Positions 27,707 to 36,752 of a stretch of DNA of 64,000 bases are shown piece by piece (positions within the stretch are counted from its first letter, which is position 1; each line of letters opens with the position of its first letter). A model generated the notes under the pieces. That model was given only the letters and a program-made list of their open reading frames with translations. It had not been told where the DNA came from and searched no databases. The DNA is from a virus. Taxonomy: Duplodnaviria; Caudoviricetes. The stretch lies in IMG/VR virus record IMGVR_UViG_3300043423_000073, positions 32,001 to 96,000 of that record; one strand, written 5' to 3'. Position numbers and translations under genes: made by a program.

Positions 27707-29329
27707 TTATGAAAGATCTTCTGCGTGGACAAGCTTTTCTAAAAACTTGGGCACACGGAAGCCCCAGGTTTGGAACAGCTCAACTTGCTCATCGCCGCCA
27801 ATGTAAGACATTGCCGCGGTAGTGCCAGTGACCTTTTCGGTGTCGGTGCCGACGCCTCGTTTATGATTGAGTAGCTTGCCAACCTGCTCAGTCATCTTCT
27901 TGTACCGCTCAAGCGCTTCTTTCTCCGTCTTGGGTGGGCGGCGAGCACGGTCAGCTTCGACGAGTTGATTGAACAGCGCAGTACCGCGAGAGGTTCTAAG
28001 CTTGTGCACCGACACGTCAGCCGAAGCACCAAACTTTCTAAAGGCCAGGTTCACATCCGACGGAGTAACGCGTTTCCACTTACCGTTGGCGAGATAGGTA
28101 AACAGGAAGTCTTTTGGGCCCTTGTCCACCAGCAACAGGTTAATGTTGCGAAGGAGAAAGCGATGGACAGGGTCAGTTTCCTTGAGCACGTGCTTGGTTG
28201 GAATGCTGTCTTTGCCCAGGTAGGCAAGGTTAATGCCTTGCTGCGTAAGTCTCACATTCTTCACCAGTAGAGTACCTGCACCACGACCCGGCTGGCTACC
28301 TATCCGGGCAGCAAAAGAGTAGAGTAGCTCCAGCACAACGGCGGCAACGCTTTCTTTGTCTTCGATATCGAATGTTCGCACACGAGTAAGCCAGCGCTTG
28401 CGAATGCCTGTGATCTGCGCCATTAGGTTGCGCACGTTTTGGTACTTGACCTTTGACGCCTCTTTTTTGTAGCCGACAGTGTAGACGTAGGCAGTGCCGC
28501 CGTCAGGCTTAACCGCCTTGCACACCCAGTCAGTCTTGCCGTCACCCATCGTAACCTTCTCGTAGGTTGCGAGGTTAGGAACACCAGCTACCAACTCGCC
28601 TTCTTCTGTGTACCAGCGTCCTTGATCGTCAATGCGACCAGTGAAGCCTGGAACCATTGAGTGGGTGAAGCCCATCTGTTGGAAGAAGCGGAACGCATCG
28701 GCGTAGGGCACAGTCTTCTCGCCGGAGCTTCGCACATAGTTCATGAGTCGCGACTTGAACTCAGCATTGTGCGCTTTGCGAAGCTCTGCGTATTGGGCGT
28801 AGGCATTGGGATTGGTGTCTCGAACCGTCTGTGCCTCTTGCAGAGCAAGGTAAACGTCGTCACGACCAACAAGCGACTTAACAAGGCGTCGCAGTGACTT
28901 GGAGTCCGCCTTAGGAACAGGCGGGGACAGAAGTGCGGCCAGCTTAGGCGTAGCCATCACGGAAGCGTTTTTGCGAATGTAGTTGAGCGCGGTCTCACTG
29001 TCAGTAAGGCAGTACGTGTAGAGTGCCTTAAGCATCGAGAGCTCAGGGGAGGTGAACTCGTGGTTCTTTTTGAACTCCACAAAGGTGCTTTTTAGATCAG
29101 CGCCTAAGTCGTAGAGGGCGGAGGCTTTGCCTACACCTGCGCGAGCGGCACGCAGAGCAGGGAGCAACATTTCAAGCTCCCCACTCCACTGCTTTGCATT
29201 GTCGAGGTGAGGGCGAAGCTCCGCGGAGATGGGTTTTTCGGCTGACTGAAGATAGTCGGCAACAAGCGCGCCAACAATCTCCAATAGGTTTGCTAGCCGA
29301 CTAGCACTAATCTTGTGAACTGACAACAT
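27707..29329 (-). CDS. DNA topoisomerase IB with N-terminal extension
   Basis: Catalytic residues: ARIGS (R), LGKD (K), HKLRT (R), LNHK (H), SYI (Tyr). Confidence 0.85.
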   Translation of the reverse strand: MLSVHKISASRLANLLEIVGALVADYLQSAEKPISAELRPHLDNAKQWSGELEMLLPALRAARAGVGKASALYDLGADLKSTFVEFKKNHEFTSPELSMLKALYTYCLTDSETALNYIRKNASVMATPKLAALLSPPVPKADSKSLRRLVKSLVGRDDVYLALQEAQTVRDTNPNAYAQYAELRKAHNAEFKSRLMNYVRSSGEKTVPYADAFRFFQQMGFTHSMVPGFTGRIDDQGRWYTEEGELVAGVPNLATYEKVTMGDGKTDWVCKAVKPDGGTAYVYTVGYKKEASKVKYQNVRNLMAQITGIRKRWLTRVRTFDIEDKESVAAVVLELLYSFAARIGSQPGRGAGTLLVKNVRLTQQGINLAYLGKDSIPTKHVLKETDPVHRFLLRNINLLLVDKGPKDFLFTYLANGKWKRVTPSDVNLAFRKFGASADVSVHKLRTSRGTALFNQLVEADRARRPPKTEKEALERYKKMTEQVGKLLNHKRGVGTDTEKVTGTTAAMSYIGGDEQVELFQTWGFRVPKFLEKLVHAEDLS

Positions 29330-29346
29330 GGGAGCTCCTTTACTCC

Positions 29347-29356
29347 CATAAAATTA
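29347..29356 (-). promoter_or_regulatory. putative late promoter TAATTTTATG
   Basis: Fifth copy, at the head of the virion module upstream of topo IB. Confidence 0.7.
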
Positions 29357-29360
29357 TCAC

Positions 29361-30485
29361 TCAGTAGTCAAGATTTAATCGAGAAGCCAAGATGTCCGCA
29401 AACACTTTTTCTGCAGGCTGGTCCGCGTCAATGCGAATGAAACGTGCAGGATCGCCGTGCATCCGTGAGAGATAGCCTGACGCAACATCGCGGAAAAACG
29501 TTACTGACTGAGACTCGAAGCGATCAGGAGTGCGGGCACCTGCCAGTCTGGCTGCTGCAACTTCTGGTTTTAAATCAAACCAAAAGGTTACGTCAGGTTG
29601 ACGGACGTCTTGCACCCAACGCTCAAGCTGAGTAAGGATGCCTAGATCAAACCCTCTGCCGTGGCCTTGATAGGCAAAGGTAGAGTCGGTAAACCTATCG
29701 CAGATAACAACGTCACCGCGTGCAAGCGCCGGTTCAATGACCTGCTGCAGGTGATCTCTTCGTGCGGCAAACACAAGGAGTGCCTCGGTAAGAGGATCCA
29801 TGGTGTCGTTAAGCACAAGAGTGCGAAGCTTCTCGGCCAAAGCCGTGCCGCCAGGTTCACGTGTCACTATGACGTTCCGGCCACGCGCCTCAACTTCTTC
29901 TGCGAGCGGCTGAATGTGACCGGACTTGCCTGCACCGTCAATGCCCTCAAAGGTGATAAAAAGTCCTTGCACTTGAGTCTCCTTAGGAATACGTTTATAT
30001 TCCACAAAGGCCATGCTCAAACCGTCGTCGCTGATAACCCACCTAGTGGTTGGGGTCTTTTGCCACTCAAGCGGTGAAAGGGTAGGAGCAAACGTGTCAC
30101 CGCCTACCACGTAGTCGTCGATTTCGGTCACAACCACACGCTGTGCCAGCGGCAACGCCAATTCATAAATCTGTGCGCCGCCGATCACCCAAACTTGGGG
30201 TGCGTCGCCGCATGCATCCAATGCGGCATCGAGGCTGCAGGCGGCCGTGGCTCCGGTTTCTACCCACTCCTTGTTGGAGGTTATAACAATGTTCTTTCGT
30301 CCGGGTAGGGGACGAAAGCGCGGTTGCAGGGAGTCCCAGGTTTTGCGGCCCATGATGACCGGGCAGCCTGCGGTGGTGCTCTTAAAGTGAGCCAAGTCTT
30401 CTGGGCTGTGCCATGGTACGGCATTGTTCTTCCCAATGACACCGTTGCGAGACTGAGCCCATATAAGGTTGATCTGGGGTTTCAT
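29361..30485 (-). CDS. folA-tmk: dihydrofolate reductase - thymidylate kinase fusion
   Basis: N-terminal DHFR ([35 protein letters not shown]); C-terminal Tmk ([19 protein letters not shown]...AYQG). Confidence 0.93.
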   Translation of the reverse strand: MKPQINLIWAQSRNGVIGKNNAVPWHSPEDLAHFKSTTAGCPVIMGRKTWDSLQPRFRPLPGRKNIVITSNKEWVETGATAACSLDAALDACGDAPQVWVIGGAQIYELALPLAQRVVVTEIDDYVVGGDTFAPTLSPLEWQKTPTTRWVISDDGLSMAFVEYKRIPKETQVQGLFITFEGIDGAGKSGHIQPLAEEVEARGRNVIVTREPGGTALAEKLRTLVLNDTMDPLTEALLVFAARRDHLQQVIEPALARGDVVICDRFTDSTFAYQGHGRGFDLGILTQLERWVQDVRQPDVTFWFDLKPEVAAARLAGARTPDRFESQSVTFFRDVASGYLSRMHGDPARFIRIDADQPAEKVFADILASRLNLDY

Positions 30486-30488
30486 TTG

Positions 30489-31304
30489 TTAAACTGCGAC
30501 AGGCGCTTTGATTGCAGGATGGTGATCATAGTTGATCACCTCGATGTCCTCAAGATGGTACTCGTGGTAATCAAAGAGCGAAGTTGTTTGATTAATCTTC
30601 AAAGTCGGGTAGGGAAAAGGCTTGCGGCTCAACTGCAGGTTAACCTGCTCAAGGTGGTTCAGGTAGATGTGGCAGTCGCCGCCGGTCCAAACAAAGTCGC
30701 CCACCTCCATGTCACACGCTTGTGCCACCATGTGCGTGAGCAGGGCGTAGCTGGCAATGTTGAACGGTACGCCAAGGAAAAGGTCGGCGCTGCGCTGGTA
30801 GAGCTGACAGCTTAAACGGCCTTTTCCGCTAGACGTAGGCTCGACGTAGAACTGGAACAAAGCGTGGCAAGGCTCTAGGGCCATCTTGCTAAGCTCTGCT
30901 ACGTTCCATGCACTGACGATGATGCGCCGACTGTTCGGATTGTTCTTGAGAGTGGTCACAGCCTGTTGCAGCTGATCAATGTGGCCGCCATCGGGCGTAG
31001 GCCAGCTGCGCCATTGCGCGCCGTAGACGGGCCCGAGGTTACCGTCTGCGTCGGCCCACTCGTCCCAAATAGTGCAGCCACGATCTTGCAGCCACTTCAC
31101 ATTCGTGTCACCGCGCAAAAACCAGAGAAGCTCAAGTACCACGGCGCGAAAAAACACCTTCTTGGTTGTCACCAGTGGAAAGCCTTCGCGCAGATTAAAT
31201 CGCAGTTGGCGGCCAAACACACTCAAGGTGCCTGTGCCTGTGCGGTCGCCTTTCTCAACGCCGTTCTTAAGGACGTCCGCGAGTAGTGTCTCGTATTGGT
31301 TCAT
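30489..31304 (-). CDS. thyA: thymidylate synthase
   Basis: [25 protein letters not shown] (dUMP-type Asn), HIY. Start moved to ATG 31304. Confidence 0.97.
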   Translation of the reverse strand: MNQYETLLADVLKNGVEKGDRTGTGTLSVFGRQLRFNLREGFPLVTTKKVFFRAVVLELLWFLRGDTNVKWLQDRGCTIWDEWADADGNLGPVYGAQWRSWPTPDGGHIDQLQQAVTTLKNNPNSRRIIVSAWNVAELSKMALEPCHALFQFYVEPTSSGKGRLSCQLYQRSADLFLGVPFNIASYALLTHMVAQACDMEVGDFVWTGGDCHIYLNHLEQVNLQLSRKPFPYPTLKINQTTSLFDYHEYHLEDIEVINYDHHPAIKAPVAV

Positions 31305-31305
31305 C

Positions 31306-32478
31306 TTACTTCTCCTGCGCAACAAAGGAACGATAGTTGCCGCCGCTCCTGTTGTAATAGGCGCCGTTGCCGGTCATAATGTCGACGCACCTCTCAACCG
31401 TTCCGGAGTTCCAGTGAGCGATCAACCCTTGACTAGGGTGAGGCGCGTCTAAGGACGCACGGAGCTTTGCCTCTGCGTCTTCTAAGGACCACGGAACGTA
31501 AAGACGGGTGTGGTCGTTGTTAAAAGTTTCTGGGAATGATCGGTACGCAGGGTAGACTGCGTTGCAGCCCAGCGCGTCTGCCTCGGAAACAGTGTTGCTC
31601 ACCCAGTCTTGCAGCGCGCAGTTGAACAGTACCCGCGAGGCAGCAAGCTCAGTGTAGTACTCGTGCTTAGAAAGATTCTCTTTAATCTCAACTAGCCCTG
31701 AGGCTTGAAGAGCACGAATACGCGGGAGCGCCGTAGGGTCGTTTGACTTTAGAGGTCCGCCGGAAAGAACAACAAACTTGCACACGCCTAGGTTACCGCG
31801 CTCGATAAGATCCATGAAAAAGTGAGGCTGCTTCTCTTGGTCGAATCGTGCAGCGAACACCACTCTTTTTTCGCGATCTGCAAACTTAGGCACGTGATTA
31901 ACACGGCTGCGTACCTCAGTCGCAGAGAAGGCGAGGCCTGCAATGTTGTACACAGGCGCCGTCCAGCCTGCGATACGCATGTGCGCAACCATCTCTTCGT
32001 TAGTGGCTAAGACAGCACCGCCAGAGAAGTCTACGATGTGGTTAACCATGTGCTCGTAGTGGCGCATCCACTTCTCCATGCCCCAGACATGAACAAAGTC
32101 GTCAGGGTCGATCGTCTGTGCCAAGCAGCGAACGTAGATGCGAGGAACTTGGTCTTTAGGAATCTGGTTCAGGATGTAGCCTAGGCTTTCGAAGCCCGGC
32201 TGGAACATGTCCTCGAAAAAGATAACGTCCTCGCCTGTCACCTCGCCCTCGCGCATTAACTTTACCAAATTCTGCATCTGGCTTAGGGCAAAAAAGCTTC
32301 GACCGTGTGCGTCAAGTACCTGGCCTACGGAAATGGCCTTGCTAGTGTCAAGCAGGTCGCCAGGCACAACGTGGTAAACAATGCCGAGTTTGTCGAAGGT
32401 GGCTGTGCTCCAGTTCTGGAGTTGAAGGGTGTAACGGCCCTCGTAAGGCTCAAGCCCGCAGTACCAGAGTTTTCTCAT
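31306..32478 (-). CDS. GT-B fold glycosyltransferase
   Basis: [37 protein letters not shown] (GT4-like donor-binding region). Start ATG 32478 overlaps the upstream stop. Confidence 0.82.
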   Translation of the reverse strand: MRKLWYCGLEPYEGRYTLQLQNWSTATFDKLGIVYHVVPGDLLDTSKAISVGQVLDAHGRSFFALSQMQNLVKLMREGEVTGEDVIFFEDMFQPGFESLGYILNQIPKDQVPRIYVRCLAQTIDPDDFVHVWGMEKWMRHYEHMVNHIVDFSGGAVLATNEEMVAHMRIAGWTAPVYNIAGLAFSATEVRSRVNHVPKFADREKRVVFAARFDQEKQPHFFMDLIERGNLGVCKFVVLSGGPLKSNDPTALPRIRALQASGLVEIKENLSKHEYYTELAASRVLFNCALQDWVSNTVSEADALGCNAVYPAYRSFPETFNNDHTRLYVPWSLEDAEAKLRASLDAPHPSQGLIAHWNSGTVERCVDIMTGNGAYYNRSGGNYRSFVAQEK

Positions 32479-32846
32479 TGCTGCTCTCCTGTTGGCGCAG
32501 TGCCAGATAAGGAAACAATTGCGCCGCACTCGCCGTCCTCAGAAACTTCAACGGCAGGGTTGCGACCAGGGTAACGACTGTTGATGGCCAACAAAAGCTC
32601 TTCCGCAATCATCTCGCACGACTTGCTATTGAGCGTGAGAATACCGCTGGTGTACTGCGCCTCGCACCAATTCAGAAACTGATGGAATTCTATCTCGCGG
32701 TCTTGGTGATGAACGTTGACCCAGACTTTGAACTTGAAGAGGTGCCGGTGTGGGTGCGACAAGTAGCCGACGTCGGCAGGCGCAGCCGGGTAAGCGTGGA
32801 TGCCGATTTTCTGAAAGGTGATCCAAATGCGGGAGGAGGTGTTCAT
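32475..32846 (-). CDS. T-fold protein, DpdL-like (putative CDG decarboxylase)
   Basis: LSHPHRHLF = LxxxHRHxF; DREIEF, SCEMIA, EDGECG. Start moved to ATG 32846. Confidence 0.65.
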   Translation of the reverse strand: MNTSSRIWITFQKIGIHAYPAAPADVGYLSHPHRHLFKFKVWVNVHHQDREIEFHQFLNWCEAQYTSGILTLNSKSCEMIAEELLLAINSRYPGRNPAVEVSEDGECGAIVSLSGTAPTGEQQ

Positions 32847-32914
32847 AAAGTGTTCCAAGGTGGGAAGGTGGGAAGGGGGGACCGGTTGAAGGTTAAAAGA
32901 AACAGGTGCGCAGG

Positions 32915-34207
32915 TTAGGTGTTTGTGGCAAACCACTCGTCAAACTTATCGACGATGGCTAACGCGGCCCTAGACTTTGACGTTGCGGAGACAGCAGAGG
33001 ACGCAAAGAGACGACCGCTGGGCGGCGCGTTGGTAGAGCGAAGAGGTTTGTCCTCAGGCCAAGCTTTTGTGCCCTCAATGTACGCGTCGATGCCTTTGAG
33101 ATTCTCCTTAATGTAAGGTAGCGGCGTGCTTACGCTAGCGCCCGGGGTGTCGGCATGGAACCTACGTATGCGGTCTGCTATCTTGTCCATCATGAGCAGA
33201 TTGTGCATGAGAGAAATCTGCGGAGTCTGCGAATAAACGTACTCCCACTTAGCCTGCTGGCAAACAAAGCACCCACAGCTAAGGTACCGGCGCGCATTAC
33301 TCCCGCCTTTGGGCGAGATTTGTTGGACCGAAAAGTTCTCGTCAACAATCTGTGCAGAGATGCCAAGCTGCAACCAGGTACTGCTATCCGAGGTTACCAC
33401 AACTTGGTGCTTCTCGGCCAAAGCCGCAAGGACCATCATCTGCCAACCCGCAGTTGCTCCTAAAAAGTGAAAGTATTTGTAACCGCTCTCTAGGATCAAG
33501 CGGCGCGCTGCTGTCGTAAAGGCCTTAGGGTGAAGGTAGCTTTTTGGCGAAATGCGGAAGCCTCCTACTGAAAGACCTGCGCCACCGCTGTTACCTTTTC
33601 TCGACAGGTTAAGCCAAGCCAGACGCTCTCGAAGCGTCGCACCATGGTTCACGTTTAGGTAGGTGGTATAACCACTCTTGTCAAAAAACCGATTAGTGTT
33701 TGACGTGACTGAAGACATGCGAGCAAGTACCTTCTTATCCAGCTCAGTACCACCGAAAGCGATAAGAGGTATGTCCAGCGAGACCCCCAAGTCGACTTTC
33801 TTGTGTGCGGCTAGTACGTCTGCCGGAGAGATAAACTCCTCACGACCGACCGCAATCTGGAAGCCACCTGAGTCTTGTATGATCAGGTGATTAGGCATGA
33901 GGTCTAGCGCAGGACTATCAAGCCAGTTCACTAAGCCAAAGGGCGTCTTCAGTTGGTCACGGAGGTTAAAAGTTTTGTGTTTTACGTCCTTGGCTTTTCG
34001 GTAGGACTCAGAAAAAACCAAAAGGTCAGAGTCAGGTAATCCATAGCGGTACGCCGTGTAGTTACCCTCTTTGTACTTTTTTGTCTGGTAGGAGAAAGCG
34101 GCGTTAGCCGCAGGACGCGACACAAAAGAGGAGAACATGCGCTGGTCGAATACTGCGGGCGCGAGGTAGTAGCCAGGAGCGACCTCTGACAGCTTAGGTT
34201 TTTGCAT
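32915..34207 (-). CDS. dpdA: DpdA/TGT-like guanine transglycosylase
   Basis: DSGGFQ, LDIP, HFLG, DSSTW, CxCxxC...H zinc site; lies within the deazaguanine cluster. Confidence 0.8.
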   Translation of the reverse strand: MQKPKLSEVAPGYYLAPAVFDQRMFSSFVSRPAANAAFSYQTKKYKEGNYTAYRYGLPDSDLLVFSESYRKAKDVKHKTFNLRDQLKTPFGLVNWLDSPALDLMPNHLIIQDSGGFQIAVGREEFISPADVLAAHKKVDLGVSLDIPLIAFGGTELDKKVLARMSSVTSNTNRFFDKSGYTTYLNVNHGATLRERLAWLNLSRKGNSGGAGLSVGGFRISPKSYLHPKAFTTAARRLILESGYKYFHFLGATAGWQMMVLAALAEKHQVVVTSDSSTWLQLGISAQIVDENFSVQQISPKGGSNARRYLSCGCFVCQQAKWEYVYSQTPQISLMHNLLMMDKIADRIRRFHADTPGASVSTPLPYIKENLKGIDAYIEGTKAWPEDKPLRSTNAPPSGRLFASSAVSATSKSRAALAIVDKFDEWFATNT

Positions 34208-34853
34208 TGACTATCCCCATGAACTCCGCACGCAAGGCCGCCTCCTTGAAGCGCCCACCAAGCTTGCTTGTGGAGGTGTAGGAGGTGACGTCGCGCACAC
34301 CGCGAGACTTGACGCAAAAGTGCGAAGCTTGGATGAACACCGCCACGCTTTCAGTCTCGAGAATACTCGAAAGAGCGCAATGGATTTGTTCCGTTAAGCG
34401 CTCTTGTATCTGTGGGCGCTTGGAGAAAAACTCGACCACGCGGTTGATCTTAGACAAGCCTAGCACCTTCTTGTCTGGAAGGTACGCTACCACAGCCTTA
34501 CCATCAATGACGACGAAGTGATGCTCGCAATTCGACTGCACGTTGATGTCCGAGACAACCACCAGCTCGTCATAGCTCATTTTGTTCTCTACGGTGGTGC
34601 ATTTCGGAAAGTTTTCGTAGTTCAAGCCTGTGAAAATCTCGCTCACGTACATTTTAGCCACGCGGCGCGGAGTGTCAAAAAGACTGTCGTCCGACAGGTC
34701 GAGGCCTAAAGCCTGCATGATGGCGCGAAAGTGCTCCTCAACGGCCTCAGTCTGCTGCACTCGGCTCAGGTGCGTTGGCAGAATAGGCGTCTCGATGCCT
34801 CGAGCGAGTAAGGCGTCGCGAACTTTGAGGCCGAGCTGGTAATCTTTTTGCAT
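34194..34853 (-). CDS. folE: GTP cyclohydrolase I
   Basis: DTPRRVAKMY, SNCEHH, GLSKINR, PQIQERLT, HFCVKSRG. Confidence 0.97.
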   Translation of the reverse strand: MQKDYQLGLKVRDALLARGIETPILPTHLSRVQQTEAVEEHFRAIMQALGLDLSDDSLFDTPRRVAKMYVSEIFTGLNYENFPKCTTVENKMSYDELVVVSDINVQSNCEHHFVVIDGKAVVAYLPDKKVLGLSKINRVVEFFSKRPQIQERLTEQIHCALSSILETESVAVFIQASHFCVKSRGVRDVTSYTSTSKLGGRFKEAALRAEFMGIVNAKT

Positions 34854-34862
34854 TTGATTCTT

Positions 34863-35411
34863 TCAAAGAAGGGGGAGGCGGAGGTCAGCCGCGTAGCTAA
34901 CATCTAGCGGATTGACGTAGAGCTTGTCCTTGTGGAGCACTCTGACGTATTTACCGTTATCGATTTTGAGGGCGACGTTCACGCCCTGCTGTTCAAGATC
35001 GGTAAAGGTAGCAACGGCGTCAGGCCAACTTGCAAACTCCTTGCCTGAGGGTAGTTGCATCCTAGCAGTTAGGACAAAGAGTATTCTGTCTGCTGAGGCA
35101 GCCTGTGCCGCAGCCGTATGAAGTTGAAGAAGCGACAGTTTTTCTTGTGCGGGTAGGCAGGACACCTCCAAGGTCAACTTCTTGCAAGGTCGGTACTCTA
35201 AGACGGCGTGGCAAAGCTCGTAGGCTATAGGGGATAGACGCCCTGCTCCGAAGTAGACATGGTCAACAGTAGGCAAGTGGCCTTTAATGTTGCGCATAGT
35301 GACCTGCGACGACGCGATGAACAAAGTTCGAGCGCCCTGGTTGGGGCCTTCGTGCTCGATCCCACGAAAAAGCGGCGTATCGAGAATGAGGTGAGGAGAG
35401 TCTACAGTCAT
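34863..35411 (-). CDS. uncharacterised protein within the deazaguanine cluster
   Basis: 182 aa coupled to queE; GIEHEG...TLFI, HVYFGAG, LKID. Confidence 0.75.
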   Translation of the reverse strand: MTVDSPHLILDTPLFRGIEHEGPNQGARTLFIASSQVTMRNIKGHLPTVDHVYFGAGRLSPIAYELCHAVLEYRPCKKLTLEVSCLPAQEKLSLLQLHTAAAQAASADRILFVLTARMQLPSGKEFASWPDAVATFTDLEQQGVNVALKIDNGKYVRVLHKDKLYVNPLDVSYAADLRLPLL

Positions 35412-36217
35412 GGGATTGCCGTAAAGAGGTGGGTTTGAAGGGAGAGGAGGTAACCGTTGTCGATGCAGTACTGCGCCGCGTACTCATAGTTGCGCTGTGT
35501 TGCCTCTGCGTCGATGAGTTCGCGGTCCCAGATGGAAGACACCTCGCCTTGGTAAGCCTTCTTGTAGACTGCAATAGGACTCACATAGACCGGTATAATG
35601 TCTCTTGCCGCATTCCTGAGGCGCTTGTCTGCCGCAGCCCAGTCGGGTACTGTGTGGTAAACAGACTCAGGGTCAGCGGAGAGCAAGAACTTGAGGGCAG
35701 ACGTACGCTCGAGTACAGCTGGAGGTGTTGGCGTGTATTTCTTAAGGCGATCATTTGCCTTAGGGCTGACTACAAGCAGCACCGGCAAGTCCAGCCAGTC
35801 GTCCTGCCGTCCTAAGGTTGACGCAAAGAAGTAGGCTGGCGTGCCGTTCGACTCAATCTGAATTGTGTCAAAGTATCGCGGCAGAATCGCTAAGAGCTCC
35901 CACAGGTTTGTCTGCAGCAAGGGCTCGCCGCCAGTAATGACTACAACTCGCGACTTGTTTTTAATAGCCGCTGCCTCTTCGGCTAACTCCAGCGGCTTAA
36001 GCCACCTTGCCTGGTCAAGATGGAAGGCGGTATCACAGAAGCCACACGTGTCCTTTTTATCACCAAAGTTGCAGCCCGCGAGTCTGATGAAGACGGCAGG
36101 TTGACCGGCTAGGGGACCTTCACCTTGAATGGTGTTGAAAATGCTTGTGATCGCCAGCTCGGTCTTGTCTGCAAAGTCTTTTCGAGAAACAATGCGATCA
36201 ATGTTCTGCGTAATCAT
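35408..36217 (-). CDS. queE: 7-carboxy-7-deazaguanine synthase (radical SAM)
   Basis: FNTIQGEG, FIRLAGC-x8-CxxCDT, ITGGEP, ESNGT, VSPK, LSLQTH. Confidence 0.93.
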   Translation of the reverse strand: MITQNIDRIVSRKDFADKTELAITSIFNTIQGEGPLAGQPAVFIRLAGCNFGDKKDTCGFCDTAFHLDQARWLKPLELAEEAAAIKNKSRVVVITGGEPLLQTNLWELLAILPRYFDTIQIESNGTPAYFFASTLGRQDDWLDLPVLLVVSPKANDRLKKYTPTPPAVLERTSALKFLLSADPESVYHTVPDWAAADKRLRNAARDIIPVYVSPIAVYKKAYQGEVSSIWDRELIDAEATQRNYEYAAQYCIDNGYLLSLQTHLFTAIP

Positions 36218-36723
36218 TTTTTCTCCTGTTCTACAAAGACGGGGCGTCCTGCGTGGTCGATAAAGAAGTCCAGAGCAGTGAGATTGCGCATGGCCATATT
36301 GGCATCAGTCTCGCGGACTTGGACGCAGGTGCAAAGCACGCGTCCTGCATAACCGTAGTCTTTCAACCAACACGAGTTAATGTAGTTGAACACAAAGTCG
36401 GCAAGGCCTTCGCAGCCGGTGCGCTCAACTTCTGTTATCTTTGCTAACGAACCAAGCTTGAGTAATGTCTCGCGGTCAGGGTCGTCTTGTGCAACCAAGA
36501 GCGTGTGGTCAAACCAATTTTCGAGCAAGTCTTTGAGCGGACGTAGCCCGCCGTAATCTACAACCCAGTTGCGGGCGTCTAGGTCGATGGCCCCAAACTC
36601 AAGATGAATCGACAATGCATACCCGTGGATTTTGTTGCAGTGCGAGTCAGCACGCCACTGACGATAGGCGACAGGAAATGCCTGGTTGTACGTCTTGGTA
36701 GACGTGAAGGGAAAAGATGACAT
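36214..36723 (-). CDS. queD: 6-carboxy-5,6,7,8-tetrahydropterin synthase
   Basis: HCNKIHGY, WVVDYG, FDH, CEGLA, VRET. Confidence 0.9.
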   Translation of the reverse strand: MSSFPFTSTKTYNQAFPVAYRQWRADSHCNKIHGYALSIHLEFGAIDLDARNWVVDYGGLRPLKDLLENWFDHTLLVAQDDPDRETLLKLGSLAKITEVERTGCEGLADFVFNYINSCWLKDYGYAGRVLCTCVQVRETDANMAMRNLTALDFFIDHAGRPVFVEQEKK

Positions 36724-36742
36724 AGAGGATCCTTAAAATGCG

Positions 36743-36752
36743 TATTTACAGT
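36743..36752 (-). promoter_or_regulatory. putative middle promoter ACTGTAAATA
   Basis: 20 nt upstream of queD; same motif precedes polymerase, the SbcD-like gene and others. Confidence 0.6.

Noticed and set aside
30489-31304. dCMP/dUMP hydroxymethylase supplying the glycosyltransferase
   Set aside because: Sequence is a canonical ThyA (PFNIASY) paired with DHFR and Tmk
32915-36723. Ordinary queuosine tRNA-modification operon
   Set aside because: No queC, queF, queA or queG in the window; the divergent TGT, DpdL-like gene and replication context favour DNA modification
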